This document shows, one piece after another, positions 13,160-24,949 of a stretch of DNA of 64,000 nucleotides. Position numbers and translations under genes: made by a program. The number at the start of each line of letters is the position of its first letter. The stretch's first letter is position 1. The DNA is taken from positions 31,281,274 to 31,345,273 of the forward strand of contig NC_069000.1 of assembly GCF_001194135.2 (NCBI RefSeq). Direction: 5' to 3'. Below the pieces are notes generated by a model, which saw only the letters and a list, made by a program, of their open reading frames with translations, was not told the DNA's origin and made no database searches. This DNA comes from Octopus bimaculoides (Eukaryota).

Positions 13160-13425
13160 ATAGAAGAAAAAACATTGCTTTCATATGATGTTAGCAGGAA
13201 GTTAGCGTTGCATAAGTTGCTTGTCCCGTCGTAACTTTCTGAGGAGCCTTAACAGTTCTTAAGAAGCAAGGGAAAGCATCAGATGCATTCAAGAACCTTC
13301 CACATATTGTAATGTGACACTAAACCGACAGCTTTGGTAAGATCATGGAAAATTGAGCTTAGAGAACAACATTGTTGTCGACATTTTCCCTGGATCTTTC
13401 ACAAGAGAAGGTCAGGTTGACCATT
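13160..13425 (-). mobile_element. RTE-clade LINE, RT remnant
   Basis: KIQGKCRQQ..IFHDLTKAVGLVS..MWKVL resembles RTE RT QIQEKCREQ..F.DLTKAFD.VSR..LWK.L. Same strand as 10760-11180, so possibly one fragmented copy. Confidence 0.7.
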
Positions 13426-14731
13426 AATGTAAATAAGAAATATAATCTTTGTTTATCTTACACATGAATAAACAGATATCAGACTTTACACACAGTTTAC
13501 ACAGTTTAATCAGCACTTTTATGCGGTATTTTTTATTTCACAGATGCACGCGTTCACACACACATGTTTGAATGTATATATATATGTATGTTATCAACTT
13601 TCAAATATTCAATCAATCGATATTCACGTTGTTCAGATCTTGTCCTCGATTTCGTGAATTCCTTTTTTTTTCGCTGTTCAAAATGTTTCGAAAACATTCA
13701 CTTGTCAATTGCAACAACTACAACAAATATGGAGGACATCAAACGGGATTTTTGAAGTCACATGATCTCATATTCAACGATAATTTTTGTCATTTCTGTC
13801 ATTTGAAACAAAAAAAAAATATAACATAACATAGTATAATATAATATAATATGATATAATTTGCCTTTCATTATATTTTGTTTTTGTGAAAATTAGTTTA
13901 TTACTGGGAAATAGAAAATTAACAAAAATGTGTGGAGAGCATGTGATTCGTTTATTTGTATGCCTGAGAATTGGCTCACAAATTAGCTTCAACTGCAATA
14001 ATTTTAATCTCATTTCCCCTATTTTGATTTATTAATAAAGATTTTACACCTGGAACTAAAATTCAGCCAAAGTTTATATTCATATTTAAATATCTTCTTT
14101 CCTTTTTGAAATGGAAACAGGTTATGGTTAAAATATAATTAAAGTTCTATTTTAAATGTGTGTTCTCATGCTTAAATGTACAAGAGCACGAATGGGCGAA
14201 TGATAAGAATCCCAATCAACTAATTGATTAGCTCAATGAGTGATCAATGGTTCTTAAGTAACCTGTTATTGGTCACTGCCGAAACTCTTAATCTACAAGT
14301 AACACAGTCCACTTACATGAAAATAAGTGCTGCTAGATGAATCAAAACTTTATACAGTTTAAAGGCATTTACATGGCTGAGGTCCCTTTAATATGTAGGT
14401 CTATCTTAACGCTTGCTGAAGAGGACAGCATAAGATGAAATATTTTCAGGATCACATCAAATTTATGATGTTATTTTCAGCTATATTATTTGCAGCCAGA
14501 GCTACAATTTTTGACTGTAGGAAATGCTTCGGTGCATCTGTATGTCAGTATATATATGAGTGTATGTATGTATGTATGTATGTATGTATGTATGTATGTA
14601 TGTATGTATGTATGTATGCATGTATGCGGTGCTCCAGCATTGTCACAGCCACGGGGCTGAAATGTATAAAAGAATGAAATACTAAAAGAATATATGTATA
14701 TGTATATACCACGGTGTGCATCTATGTGTGA

Positions 14732-14787
<56 letters not shown>

Positions 14788-15165
14788 TCATAAATATAAG
14801 GGATTAGCAATTGAGTTGCTTCTCCAACATACTGAAAATTCAGAAACAGCAGTCAAAGAACTACTGACGATATGATGATAAATGGTCTTACCGATAAAGG
14901 TTTATTTCATACTGAACTACTTGGCAAAATTGTTAATTGTTAATTATATTATTAATTGACGATTCCCTGCCCTCATTTCTTGTATATTTTATATATATAT
15001 ATATATATATGTATATAAACATAGTAGTATTATTACCGTTATTAATAGTATTAGTAAGATAATACTAAGGTGGCTAGCAAGTTCACACCGTTTAAAGTGA
15101 GGAGCGCGCACGAGCTCATGTAGTGAATATTTTAGAAATAGATGTTAAAATCTTATTTTCAACAG

Positions 15166-15251
15166 AAGACCGCAGGGTATGTTTGTCAGGCAAAGCGTGA
15201 AATCAATTGATATTGAAATATGCATTACTTACCGATGTATTCAGCGCAAAG
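15166..15251 (+). CDS. Candidate internal exon, unknown gene
   Basis: TCTTATTTTCAACAG acceptor and AAG|GTAAGT donor. One open frame: RPQGMFVRQSVKSIDIEICITYRCIQRK. No homology recognised. Confidence 0.25.
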
Positions 15252-15562
15252 GTAAGTCTATTTCTCTTATGCTCATTGCATTGCTTGTGTGTATCTTTAT
15301 CGTGAGTATATAGTGGTTTTTGCAGCATTGGTTCTGATTTTAGCAACTGGTATTACATACCCTACTGAATCTATCTATCTATCTATCTATCTATCTATAT
15401 GTATATACATATATAGTTTCAATGTATGTGTATATATACATGTTTGTATATGTATATATGTATATATATATATATATANNNNNNNNNNNNNNNNNNNNNN
15501 NNNNNNNNNNNNNNNNNNNNNNNNNNNNNNNNNNNNNNNNNNNNNNNNNNNNNNNNNNNNNN

Positions 15563-15622
<60 letters not shown>

Positions 15623-15837
15623 TGATGCAAATAAACAAATGGAAGCCCTTAGGTTTGGTATATAAGATTTGCAAACATATATGGATATAGATATGTAGAG
15701 AGAGAAACAAAAAACTGAAAATATTTAGAAGATGAACATTCAGATAGAAGCAGATAGATACATATATTTTTAAAGAAGAAATTTGCATGGAATGCAAAAG
15801 ATACAGAAAACTAAGAGGAGAAAGCATGGTATTTCAG

Positions 15838-15941
15838 GTCCGACGGCTGTTTCTGAGGACTCTGAATTACGCAATAACTTTAATCTTGACGGATGGAATG
15901 TGCAACAAGCCAAGTCTATGCAACAAGCCGTGGACGCATAA
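15838..15941 (+). CDS. Candidate terminal exon, phase-compatible with 15166-15251
   Basis: TTTCAG acceptor with a weak pyrimidine tract; GPTAVSEDSELRNNFNLDGWNVQQAKSMQQAVDA*. Confidence 0.18.
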
Positions 15942-17417
15942 CAAACATTACCATTTTCAGGGTAGATTGATGTTTATATAGATTTACATTTGTAATTCAT
16001 TCGTGCTATGCATCTTTGCAATTACAGAATGTATTTTGAAAGATACGTTGTATACATGATATAATTAATATTCCTTTACACAAATCTATCTGGAGGTGAT
16101 ATCCTCACCTAAGTTTAAATACTGAATTCAAAGTCGTTAGGATTTTTCTGAATGTCATATATATATATGACGTAGAGCAAAGATAATCTATGATATCTAA
16201 CTCAATAAAGTTGCATTAGTGGGGTTGCAGCTGCATCAAAGTCGTCACTATTTCCATATCCATTATATTTAGAAGAATGACTTCTGGTACGAACACATAA
16301 AACCCTTTACGCCTCCGCCAGTGCAACAACGATAATATCTAGCTTCACAACGTTATCAGACTTTTTGATATATCAATTTATCGGAGAAAAATCTCTGCGG
16401 TAGATAACAATAAAACCATATAAGGATTACTGAAAATCCATTTAAAGATATCTTCCAGTCACATATGTATATATATATGAAGAGCCTCAGAGACATATGA
16501 TCATTTCAATATCCAAATTTATTTGCAGGTCAAAGTATTGTGATATTATAAGATCGATTTCCTATTTTAGAATACGCATACACTACATAAATTGTTCCCT
16601 CAGCGAAGACGGACTGATATTCGAGTATTTTGTAATTTAGAATATAAGTTCCCAATTTGTAAATTCTTGCAAAATTTCTATCGATAATTATTGAGTAATT
16701 TCGGATAATTAAATGCCTAAAATAGTATATCTTCTCAATGATGTATTTACTATAGCCGAAAGCAGTTTATATAGAAAGATATTTGGGTTTTATACATATG
16801 ATACTGAAGATATGAAAACACCACTTGTTTGCACGTGAATTAATAAGATAATATATATTCAGCACACGAGAACTGAATAGATGAAATTGTGCGTAATTTT
16901 CTAACAGTTCACTTGGTAACCAATCAAATATCGATTACCATTGCTCATATTCTGTTACGTTGTCTTTCTCCAATTGTTTGAATAAGAGAGATTCAATACA
17001 CTGACATGTACACACATGTGCATGCATTTATATATGTATATATATATATATNNNNNNNNNNNNNNNNNNNNNNNNNNNNNNNNNNNNNNNNNNNNNNNNN
17101 NNNNNNNNNNNNNNNNNNNNNNNNNNNNNNNNNNNNNNNNNNNNNNNNNNNNNNNNNNNNNNNNNNNNNNNNNNNNNNNNNNNNNNNNNNNNNNNNNNNN
17201 NNNNNNNNNNNNNNNNNNNNNNNNNNNNNNNNNNNNNNNNNNNNNNNNNNNNNNNNNNNNNNNNNNNNNNNNNNNNNNNNNNNNNNNNNNNNNNNNNNNN
17301 NNNNNNNNNNNNNNNNNNNNNNNNNNNNNNNCCGTAGGTACCAAAATGGTGGAGGTTTTGACATCGCTAATAATAGTTTTCTGCTTTGTTCCTATTGCCC
17401 GTTTGTATTTATTGAAG

Positions 17418-17497
17418 GTACCTCTGATGCTTGTTTATCTCAACCAATCAAAGTGTTTCAAATCACTACGTCTACGTCACATATGTGCGACCATACA
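17418..17497 (+). CDS. Candidate Cys-containing exon
   Basis: Pyrimidine-rich AAG acceptor and ACA|GTAAGT donor; GTSDACLSQPIKVFQITTSTSHMCDHT. Confidence 0.25.
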
Positions 17498-17654
17498 GTA
17501 AGTTTACTTATTAAACAAGACTTCTGAGCTATTTTCTCTCGGTCAAGTTGTAGAAAAAAACAAGCAAAAGAAACAAAAACAAAAAAAACACAGCAGGTGC
17601 CTATTGTTCGTCTTATCTTTAGTTCTTGCTAAAACATTCCGTATTCTTTTACAG

Positions 17655-17720
17655 GGCTTAGAAAAACTGAAGGACCGCTGCAATCAGTTGGTGAATCCGA
17701 GAGGGGAATATCTTGGATAA
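17655..17720 (+). CDS. Candidate terminal exon after a canonical 157 nt intron
   Basis: TATTCTTTTACAG acceptor, phase 0, in frame with the previous exon: GLEKLKDRCNQLVNPRGEYLG*. Confidence 0.25.
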   Translation, partial: GLEKLKDRCNQLVNPRGEYLG

Positions 17721-18159
17721 AATCATAATTAACTGATGCTCCTATATTTTCTTTTACTCAAAGCCAGGATCTTTTCAACACCCCCACGTAGATTTATGAC
17801 GGGAATACTCCAGATATTTTCAAGCAATATCTCAAGTACAACAGACAACGTGTGCTTCCTACATTTTTATGCTAAGAGGTGATTAAGATGAAGTTGGTTG
17901 CTGTTTGCTGGTTGGTTGAGCTGCTTTCCAGAAATTCACGTTGTTGCTGTTATTGATGTTATCGTTGTTTAGTTCTAGATCAGGTCTGACCAGGTAATTC
18001 TGTTTTCAACGGTGTCCAAAACTCCACCATTTTTTTTTTATATACCAAGGACGACATTTTCAAATGCGTCCATCGTGTTTTAATGTGTGAACAGAGGAAT
18101 CTTTGGCTGCTGTTTATTAAAGGTTAAACGAGGTTCATCCATTGGCTTGTTGTTGTCAA

Positions 18160-18512
18160 TGCTGATTATTTACGCTGTTGTTGTTGTTGTTGTTGTTGTA
18201 TTAATTGTTGTTACTGCCATTCCCGTTCATGCGGTTACCGTTCCAGTTATGCATTTCGTTCCTTGTGCTGTTTTTGTTTTTGTTCGCATTGTCACTGTCT
18301 TCTTTTGTTTTCTCATGCGGTTATTTTCATTGTAGTAGATGCTGCTGCTGCTGCTGTTGTTGTTGTTGTTATTGTTGCTGCTGCTTTAGTCTCTGTAACT
18401 GGTTTGGTTGAAATTACAACTGTTATAGTTGTTGATAAATTTGTAGTAGTTACAGATGCTGCAGCAGTGTGCAATGTGTGCCATCTGTCGCTATGTTTAT
18501 TTATCGCTACTG

Positions 18513-18579
<67 letters not shown>

Positions 18580-18598
18580 CACAACCACCACCACCACC

Positions 18599-18691
<93 letters not shown>

Positions 18692-18870
18692 GCTGCTGCC
18701 GCTGTTGCTGCTGCCGCTGCCATCCTTTCTATTCGAGGTCTATGTAACGTGTTGCTACTAGTGTCTCTGTCATTGTTGCTGCTGTTGGTGTTATTGCTTC
18801 TGCTCATAGTCTTGCCTTTGTTATCACTGCTTGCGTTACTATTGTTGTTACTACAGTTGTTACTCGTGTA
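18160..18870. repeat. Compound trinucleotide region (GTT/GCT/CTA/CCA)n
   Basis: Pure (CTA)n-(CCA)n-(CTA)n core at ~18505-18690 with decayed flanks. Explains the poly-T/V/L/Y/H ORFs. Confidence 0.9.
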
Positions 18871-20879
18871 ATCACTATCAATACCGCTGTTACATCTCTT
18901 GTAACAATACTAACAATATCTCCGCATCACTACCAACCGTAGCAGGAGTTTCTATGCGGTTGCTCTGATATGTCAATAATAGCAACTGCCTCTGAAAAGC
19001 AAAAAGATAAACATTGAGCTATATAGCTCTAAATATAAACAAAACAAGAAAAGCCGGATGGCCACTATTGGGACGCCCTTGACCATAGTTCTTCTCATCG
19101 GGATAGAAATAAGGATAAACAACAGCTGATGCATTACATCTAATACATTTCTGTTAAGGCTACAATAAGATATAATGTTGATGCTTACACACCATACATT
19201 TTCATACTTGCAGACATATATGTTCATATAGGCATAGAAACACACATGCACACACGCACACACACGCACACACACGCACACACACACACAAACACACACA
19301 CACACACACACACAGAGGCACACAAACACTCACTCACACACACAAACCTATATACTTTTATTAGTTCCTATTTAATAAATTTAATGGTCTTATTAGTTAC
19401 TGGTAAGTTTACATTATAGCTTGTAAGGGTAATCTATATTAAGAGTGTGTAGTGTTTTCATTACTAACTTTTGAATTATGAAATAATTTCTCTCATGATT
19501 ATTAGATTTTTCATTAAATTCAATCGTGTTTTGGGTTTTGGAGAGAATTGAAATAAAGCTTTCACTCTCTGTTATTATAGCAGTAATTATGGAAGACTGG
19601 TGGGATTATTATTTGTATGGAGTTAAAGATTGGTCGCTATTTAGTTTATAATTTAGTTATTGTAGGTTTACTATTAATACCGATACAGATGTACAGAGAT
19701 TTACGTTTCTTGTTGTAGTTTAATTTAAAGTGAATAATGTACATTTTGTAAATGTTTGAAGGTTGTGTGTTTTTTTTGGTATGTTTGTTCTCAAACAACA
19801 CTTCTTTTGACACCGCCGGATTGAATGGTACTGCCCAGGTGCCGAAACCATAATGATATTCGTGGGGCAGCTGATGATGGTCTGTTGGATTGTTAGTGTG
19901 GCTGTTTTTGTATGTGGAATAGTGTTATAACACATACGTTTGATATATATATATATATANNNNNNNNNNNNNNNNNNNNNNNNNNNNNNNNNNNNNNNNN
20001 NNNNNNNNNNNNNNNNNNNNNNNNNNNNNNNNNNNNNNNNNNNNNNNNNNNNNNNNNNNNNNNNNNNNNNNNNNNNNNNNNNNNNNNNNNNNNNNNNNNN
20101 NNNNNNNNNNNNNNNNNNNNNNNNNNNNNNNNNNNNNNNNNNNNNNNNNNNNNNNNNNNNNNNNNNNNNNNNNNNNNNNNNNNNNNNNNNNNNNNNNNNN
20201 NNNNNNNNNNNNNNNNNNNNNNNNNNNNNNNNNNNNNNNNNNNNNNNNNNNNNNNNNNNNNNNNNNNNNNNNNNNNNNNNNNNNNNNNNNNNNNNNNNNN
20301 NNNNNNNNNNNNNNNNNNNNNNNNNNNNNNNNNNNNNNNNNNNNNNNNNNNNNNNNNNNNNNNNNNNNNNNNNNNNNNNNNNNNNNNNNNNNNNNNNNNN
20401 NNNNNNNNNNNNNNNNNNNNNNNNNNNNNNNNNNNNNNNNNNNNNNNNNNNNNNNNNNNNNNNNNNNNNNNNNNNNNNNNNNNNNNNNNNNNNNNNNNNN
20501 NNNNNNNNNNNNNNNNNNNNNNNNNNNNNNNNNNNNNNNNNNNNNNNNNNNNNNNNNNNNNNNNNNNNNNNNNNNNNNNNNNNNNNNNNNNNNNNNNNNN
20601 NNNNNNNNNNNNNNNNNNNNNNNNNNGCTTTTATTTAAAAAAATTGCAAAGACGTTATCTCTGAAATTTCGACATTTTTTCAGCGCATCATAAAAGTGTT
20701 TTTAAAAAAATCTAATATTTTGGTTGTATTTTCATATTTTAAGACTAGTTTATAATCTTGAATGTAATCCGGGTTTAAGTTTATAAAAATATCGTCTTAC
20801 TGTAGGGCATACAAATATGAATGATAGGGAACCACTTCATAAACTCTCAAATGCACACCAACATAAAACACAAATAAAA

Positions 20880-22500
20880 ATTGGCAACTGCATTACACAA
20901 GAGATCATACAATAACTAAAACCCGATCTTAATAAGTTAAATGAAATTATTTACTTGTGTTACTAAGGTAATCGAAAGACGCTGTTTAACGCCCAAAAAG
21001 CCAACAATACCAAATTCGAAAAGAAAATCAAACTGGAGGAGTAGAATTGAAATTGAGATTGAATCATTGCGAAGGGAGATATCAATATTAACTGAGCTAG
21101 TCTCTGGAAATGGTGTAAGATCAAGAAAAGGCAGGAAGATCGTGAGGAAATATGGACCCTCAACAAGAAAAGAACTAATGTCAGCGAATGAAACACTTAA
21201 ACAAAAAGTTCAAGCAAAAGCTCAGAGAATACGCAGATTTGAGAAAAGAATCAAATTCTACAACCAAAATAAGATGTTCAAATCCAATGCCAAATCATTT
21301 TACAGGGAAATAGGGACAGAAAAAAATAACCATTGAAAATCAACCCCTAATGGAAGAAGTTCAAAACTTTTGGAAAGGGATCTGGAGTGATGAGAAACCA
21401 TACAATGAAAATGCAGACTGGATCAAACGCATCCAAGATGCCTACAAAGATCTACGAGAACAGGTATGGGAAGACATGTAATAAGATGCACCATCCAAAG
21501 GCAGACGTGGATCGTCTTTATCTTCCCAGAGCTCAGGGAGGTCGAGGCATGATCCAGCTTGAACAAAACCATCACGATCGGACTGGCCAAATACCTTGAA
21601 ACAACCAATGATTGTATGCCGAAACTTGTTGAAAAACATGAAAGACCGAAGAAACTTCACTCTATTCTGAAAGAGAGCAAAAAATTCGCTACCGAACTCT
21701 TAGATACCCACCAGCTTGATCAGGTTGAAGGAAATGCGCCAACTGCTGCTGCAAAGAAAATAAAATTAATTGCAAAGACAAAAGNNNNNNNNNNNNNNNN
21801 NNNNNNNNNNNNNNNNNNNNNNNNNNNNNNNNNNNNNNNNNNNNNNNNNNNNNNNNNNNNNNNNNNNNNNNNNNNNNNNNNNNNNNNNNNNNNNNNNNNN
21901 NNNNNNNNNNNNNNNNNNNNNNNNNNNNNNNNNNNNNNNNNNNNNNNTTTCGATTCCCAGGCCGGGCGTTGTGAGTGTTTATTGAGCGAAAACACCTAAA
22001 GCTCCATGAGGCTCCAGCAGGGGAGGTGGCGAACCCTGCTGTACTCTTTCACCACAACTTTCTCTCACTCTTACTTCCTGTTTCTGTTGTGCCTGTAATT
22101 CAAAGGGTCAGCCTTGTCACACTGTGTCACGCTGAATCTCCCCGAGAACTACGTTAAGGTTGCACGTGTCTGTGGAGTGCTCAGCCACTTGCACGTTAAT
22201 CTCACAAGCAGGCTGTTCCATTGATCGGATCAACTGGAACCCTCATCGTCGTAACCGACGGAGTGCCAACAACAAACCAGGCCAATGTGATAAAAAATGG
22301 AGCTGACTCAAAATGCCTATTCTATAACGATAAGATTGAAACTATAGACCACCTAATCTCAGGGTGTAGAGTCTTAGCACCTGTAGAATATAAAGAAAGA
22401 CATGACAGAGTCGGCCAGTATTTACACCGGACAATATGTCGGCATTATAAAATCAAAACCGCTGACAAATGGTATAAACACCATCCTGAAGCTTTGACTG
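20880..22500 (+). mobile_element. R4/Dong-like LINE with RT core deleted, interrupted by a gap and SINE A
   Basis: NWRSRIEIEIESLRREIS..LKQKVQAKAQRIRRFEKR..NKMFKSNAKSFYREI; MHHPKADVDRLYLPRAQGGRG; CLFYNDKIETIDHLISGC..EYKERHD..WYKHHPE. Confidence 0.9.
21948..22275 (+). mobile_element. SINE family A (5' end in gap)
   Basis: TTTCGATTCCCAGGCCGGGCGTTG..CGACGGAGTGCCAACAACAA. Confidence 0.95.
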
Positions 22501-22507
22501 TTGTAGA

Positions 22508-22596
22508 CTTATCAGACGGGTTGTCATGATGGGTATAATGGGCTTCGTATATTTTACCCCAATGTCACTTCGATGGCATGCACTGCTCTCTCACTT
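22508..22596 (+). mobile_element. 3' terminal fragment of the ~540 bp TAA-tailed element
   Basis: CTTATCAGACGGG..GCACTGCTCTCTCACT followed by TAATAAT; fused directly to LINE sequence. Confidence 0.85.
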
Positions 22597-22874
22597 AATA
22601 ATTATCATCACGCTGTGAATTTTCTTTCATTTTCTCTCTAATTTTCTTTGTTTTCTTTTTTCATATTTTCTTTTCCTTCTTTCTTCTGTTTTTCTTCCCT
22701 TTATTTTCTATCACATGACTTTGTAATTGAAAAATTTGGTGTGTTTATTTTGATGGCATACCAATGCATGCAGTGAGTTTCTTTGCTCTAGGTGTTGGGA
22801 AGACACTCGGTAAGAAATGGAAACAAAGTCGAAAGGACATAACAACAATAACAATAATAATAATAATAATAATG

Positions 22875-23355
22875 ACCAGGCACTGACTTGCTTGGTTTTG
22901 GGTTTTAACTGATTGGAAGTGTTATATGCATATTTTGTTTGCGTATAAAAGATTGGGTACAGCAAATATTCTGCTCAATACCACAGACTTGCCTGTCAGT
23001 TTTTTTTACCTTAACCAGTTGAGCATATCTCTCAGTGGTTTGACGATGTGTGCATCTCTGTTCACGAGCAGAAGTAGTGGGGGATCAGCATAACCATGCG
23101 TTCAGAGGAATTCCATGGGGTTTCCATAATTCACTTTTGGAAACATGGGTGTTTCCTTCAGGATCCTTAAACAACCCTTATCAGGGACCTTTTGAGCACT
23201 GTTTGTCTTGATATGAGGTCACCGTGTCGGGCACATATGGTTGTGATGCATGTGCCGCTTGTACCCTTATCAGACGGGTAGTCATGATGGATATATTGGG
23301 CTTTGTATATGTGTATGCCAGTGTCACTTTGATGGCGTGCACTGCTCTCTCACTC
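22875..23355 (+). mobile_element. ~540 bp TAA-tailed non-coding element (internally deleted copy)
   Basis: ACCAGGCA start and GCACTGCTCTCTCACTC end, with (TAA)n-like tracts on both sides. Aligns to the 42357, 45571 and 46525 copies. Confidence 0.9.
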
Positions 23356-23446
23356 AATAATAAAAATAAAAATAAGAATAAGAATAAAAACAATAACAAC
23401 AACAACAATGGTGGTTTTTGATTTAGTTACAAGTCTGGTTGCTTGA

Positions 23447-23610
23447 GGGAAGGGCATAATCGCTAATATCGAACCCCAGCACTTGACTACTACTTTATTT
23501 TTCCACTCCAGTGAGATAAAAGGCAAAGTCGACTCCTCAGGGTTTGAATTTTAAATGTAAAGTGCTTCAACAAATACCACAAAGTATTTGCTTCAACCCT
23601 TTACATTCTG
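23447..23610 (-). mobile_element. SINE family B, degenerate
   Basis: AAAGGCAAAGTCGAC..TTTGAA matches the family B core in reverse complement. Confidence 0.65.
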
Positions 23611-24499
23611 CGTTTATGATAATAATGGTAGTGATGATGATGATGATAATGACGACGACGACTGTGATAATGATGATGATGATGATGATGATGGCAACGA
23701 TAATAATGATTTTGATGGGTTGACGACAACAACGTAAACATCGGGAATGGCATTTAGCATGACAGAAAGCTCCATGAATGCTCCAAAATATCTAATGCCG
23801 TTTACAAATCAACGAATCAAAATGAAAAACACTATGAGAAACACTTTGAAGAATATCTGCAACAGTAATAATTGTACAAAATATGTTGATAGATGCAGAA
23901 TATGTCATACAATTAATGCACTACATACGTTGGTAGTGGTTAACGATTTGACACCAAGCATAAACAAAATGTAAGTAGATCTAATATCAATACGGGCTAA
24001 TTGCATTCCTTACGAAAAAACCGTAACATTCAACTTATTGTAGATAGTAAGGGGTGGACCGTACTTTGTATTAAATGCATAAATAGCACGAAAATGTAAT
24101 GTGTAAACTTCAATTTCGTTAGAAAAAAATATGCCGAAAATGATGACAATCTCGACACAAGGATGGATTTTACTCCCCACGAATAAAACAGAGAATGGAA
24201 TAATTGGATTCGCAAGGTAAAAACCAAACAATGAAACTACAGTGATATACTCGTATACATTTTTGGAGGTAAACAGCTGGATCTACACGTAACAGTGCTC
24301 CTTAGTCAACTAGCTAACTTAATAATGTTAAAAGATGAATTTGAACCCAAATTAGAATATTTAAAAGGAGTGCATTATGAAAATGCAAGTAACGAACACT
24401 AAACAAACAACGAACATACAAGTATACCGTTGGAAGATCGATCTAACGCGTGTAAGCCAAAGCAAACAAACAAAAAAGCAAGCAAAAGACAACAAAACG

Positions 24500-24800
24500 A
24501 AATCCAAAGACCCTTGCAGAACAGTGCCCAATGAAATCTCAATTAAAAGCCGTCCATCGAACTATCATTCAACCACCTCCTTGACCGTGTCCTATCGGAA
24601 GCAACGGTCATTAAACTTTTCGGCTGGATTCTTAAGAGTGATCAATTCAGACTATGGATATTATCCAACCACGTTGTTCTTGCTCTATCCTTAGGTCTCC
24701 TGCTAGGTGGCTCTACTTGAAGAATCCGATCCTTCCTAGTATCATTCTAATCATTACCCCCTTAAACCGGGGCTGTGACTTCTCAATGCACAGAAGAGCG
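24500..24800 (-). mobile_element. RTE-type LINE C-terminal remnant
   Basis: RRPKDRARTTWLDNIHSL.(W)SLLRIQP..L..VASDR resembles RTE-type R..GRPRTRW.D.I..L.WS.L.I.P..L..VA.DR. Confidence 0.6.
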
Positions 24801-24949
24801 GCTCGACCCGGAAATAATCCCTGGTTTCCGTGATACAATCAAAAATCAACAGGCAAAAATCAAATAAAAGGGTATTCGAGGATGATTTAAGAATAGGAAA
24901 TTCTATAGGTGTATACTATGAACACGATAATCTAAGATAGAAATAATTA

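Noticed and set aside
14435-14545. Signal-peptide-like ORF MKYFQ..ARATIFDCRKCFGAS with a GTATGT donor (Ly6-like look)
   Set aside because: Runs into a (TATG)n tract and a family C SINE 3' end at ~14625-14675, so probably SINE-derived. Hydrophobic leaders arise easily in T-rich DNA.
18263-18871. 202 aa ORF with poly-Thr flanked by hydrophobic stretches (mucin/membrane-like)
   Set aside because: Fully explained by compound trinucleotide microsatellites; overlapping frames on both strands are also open.
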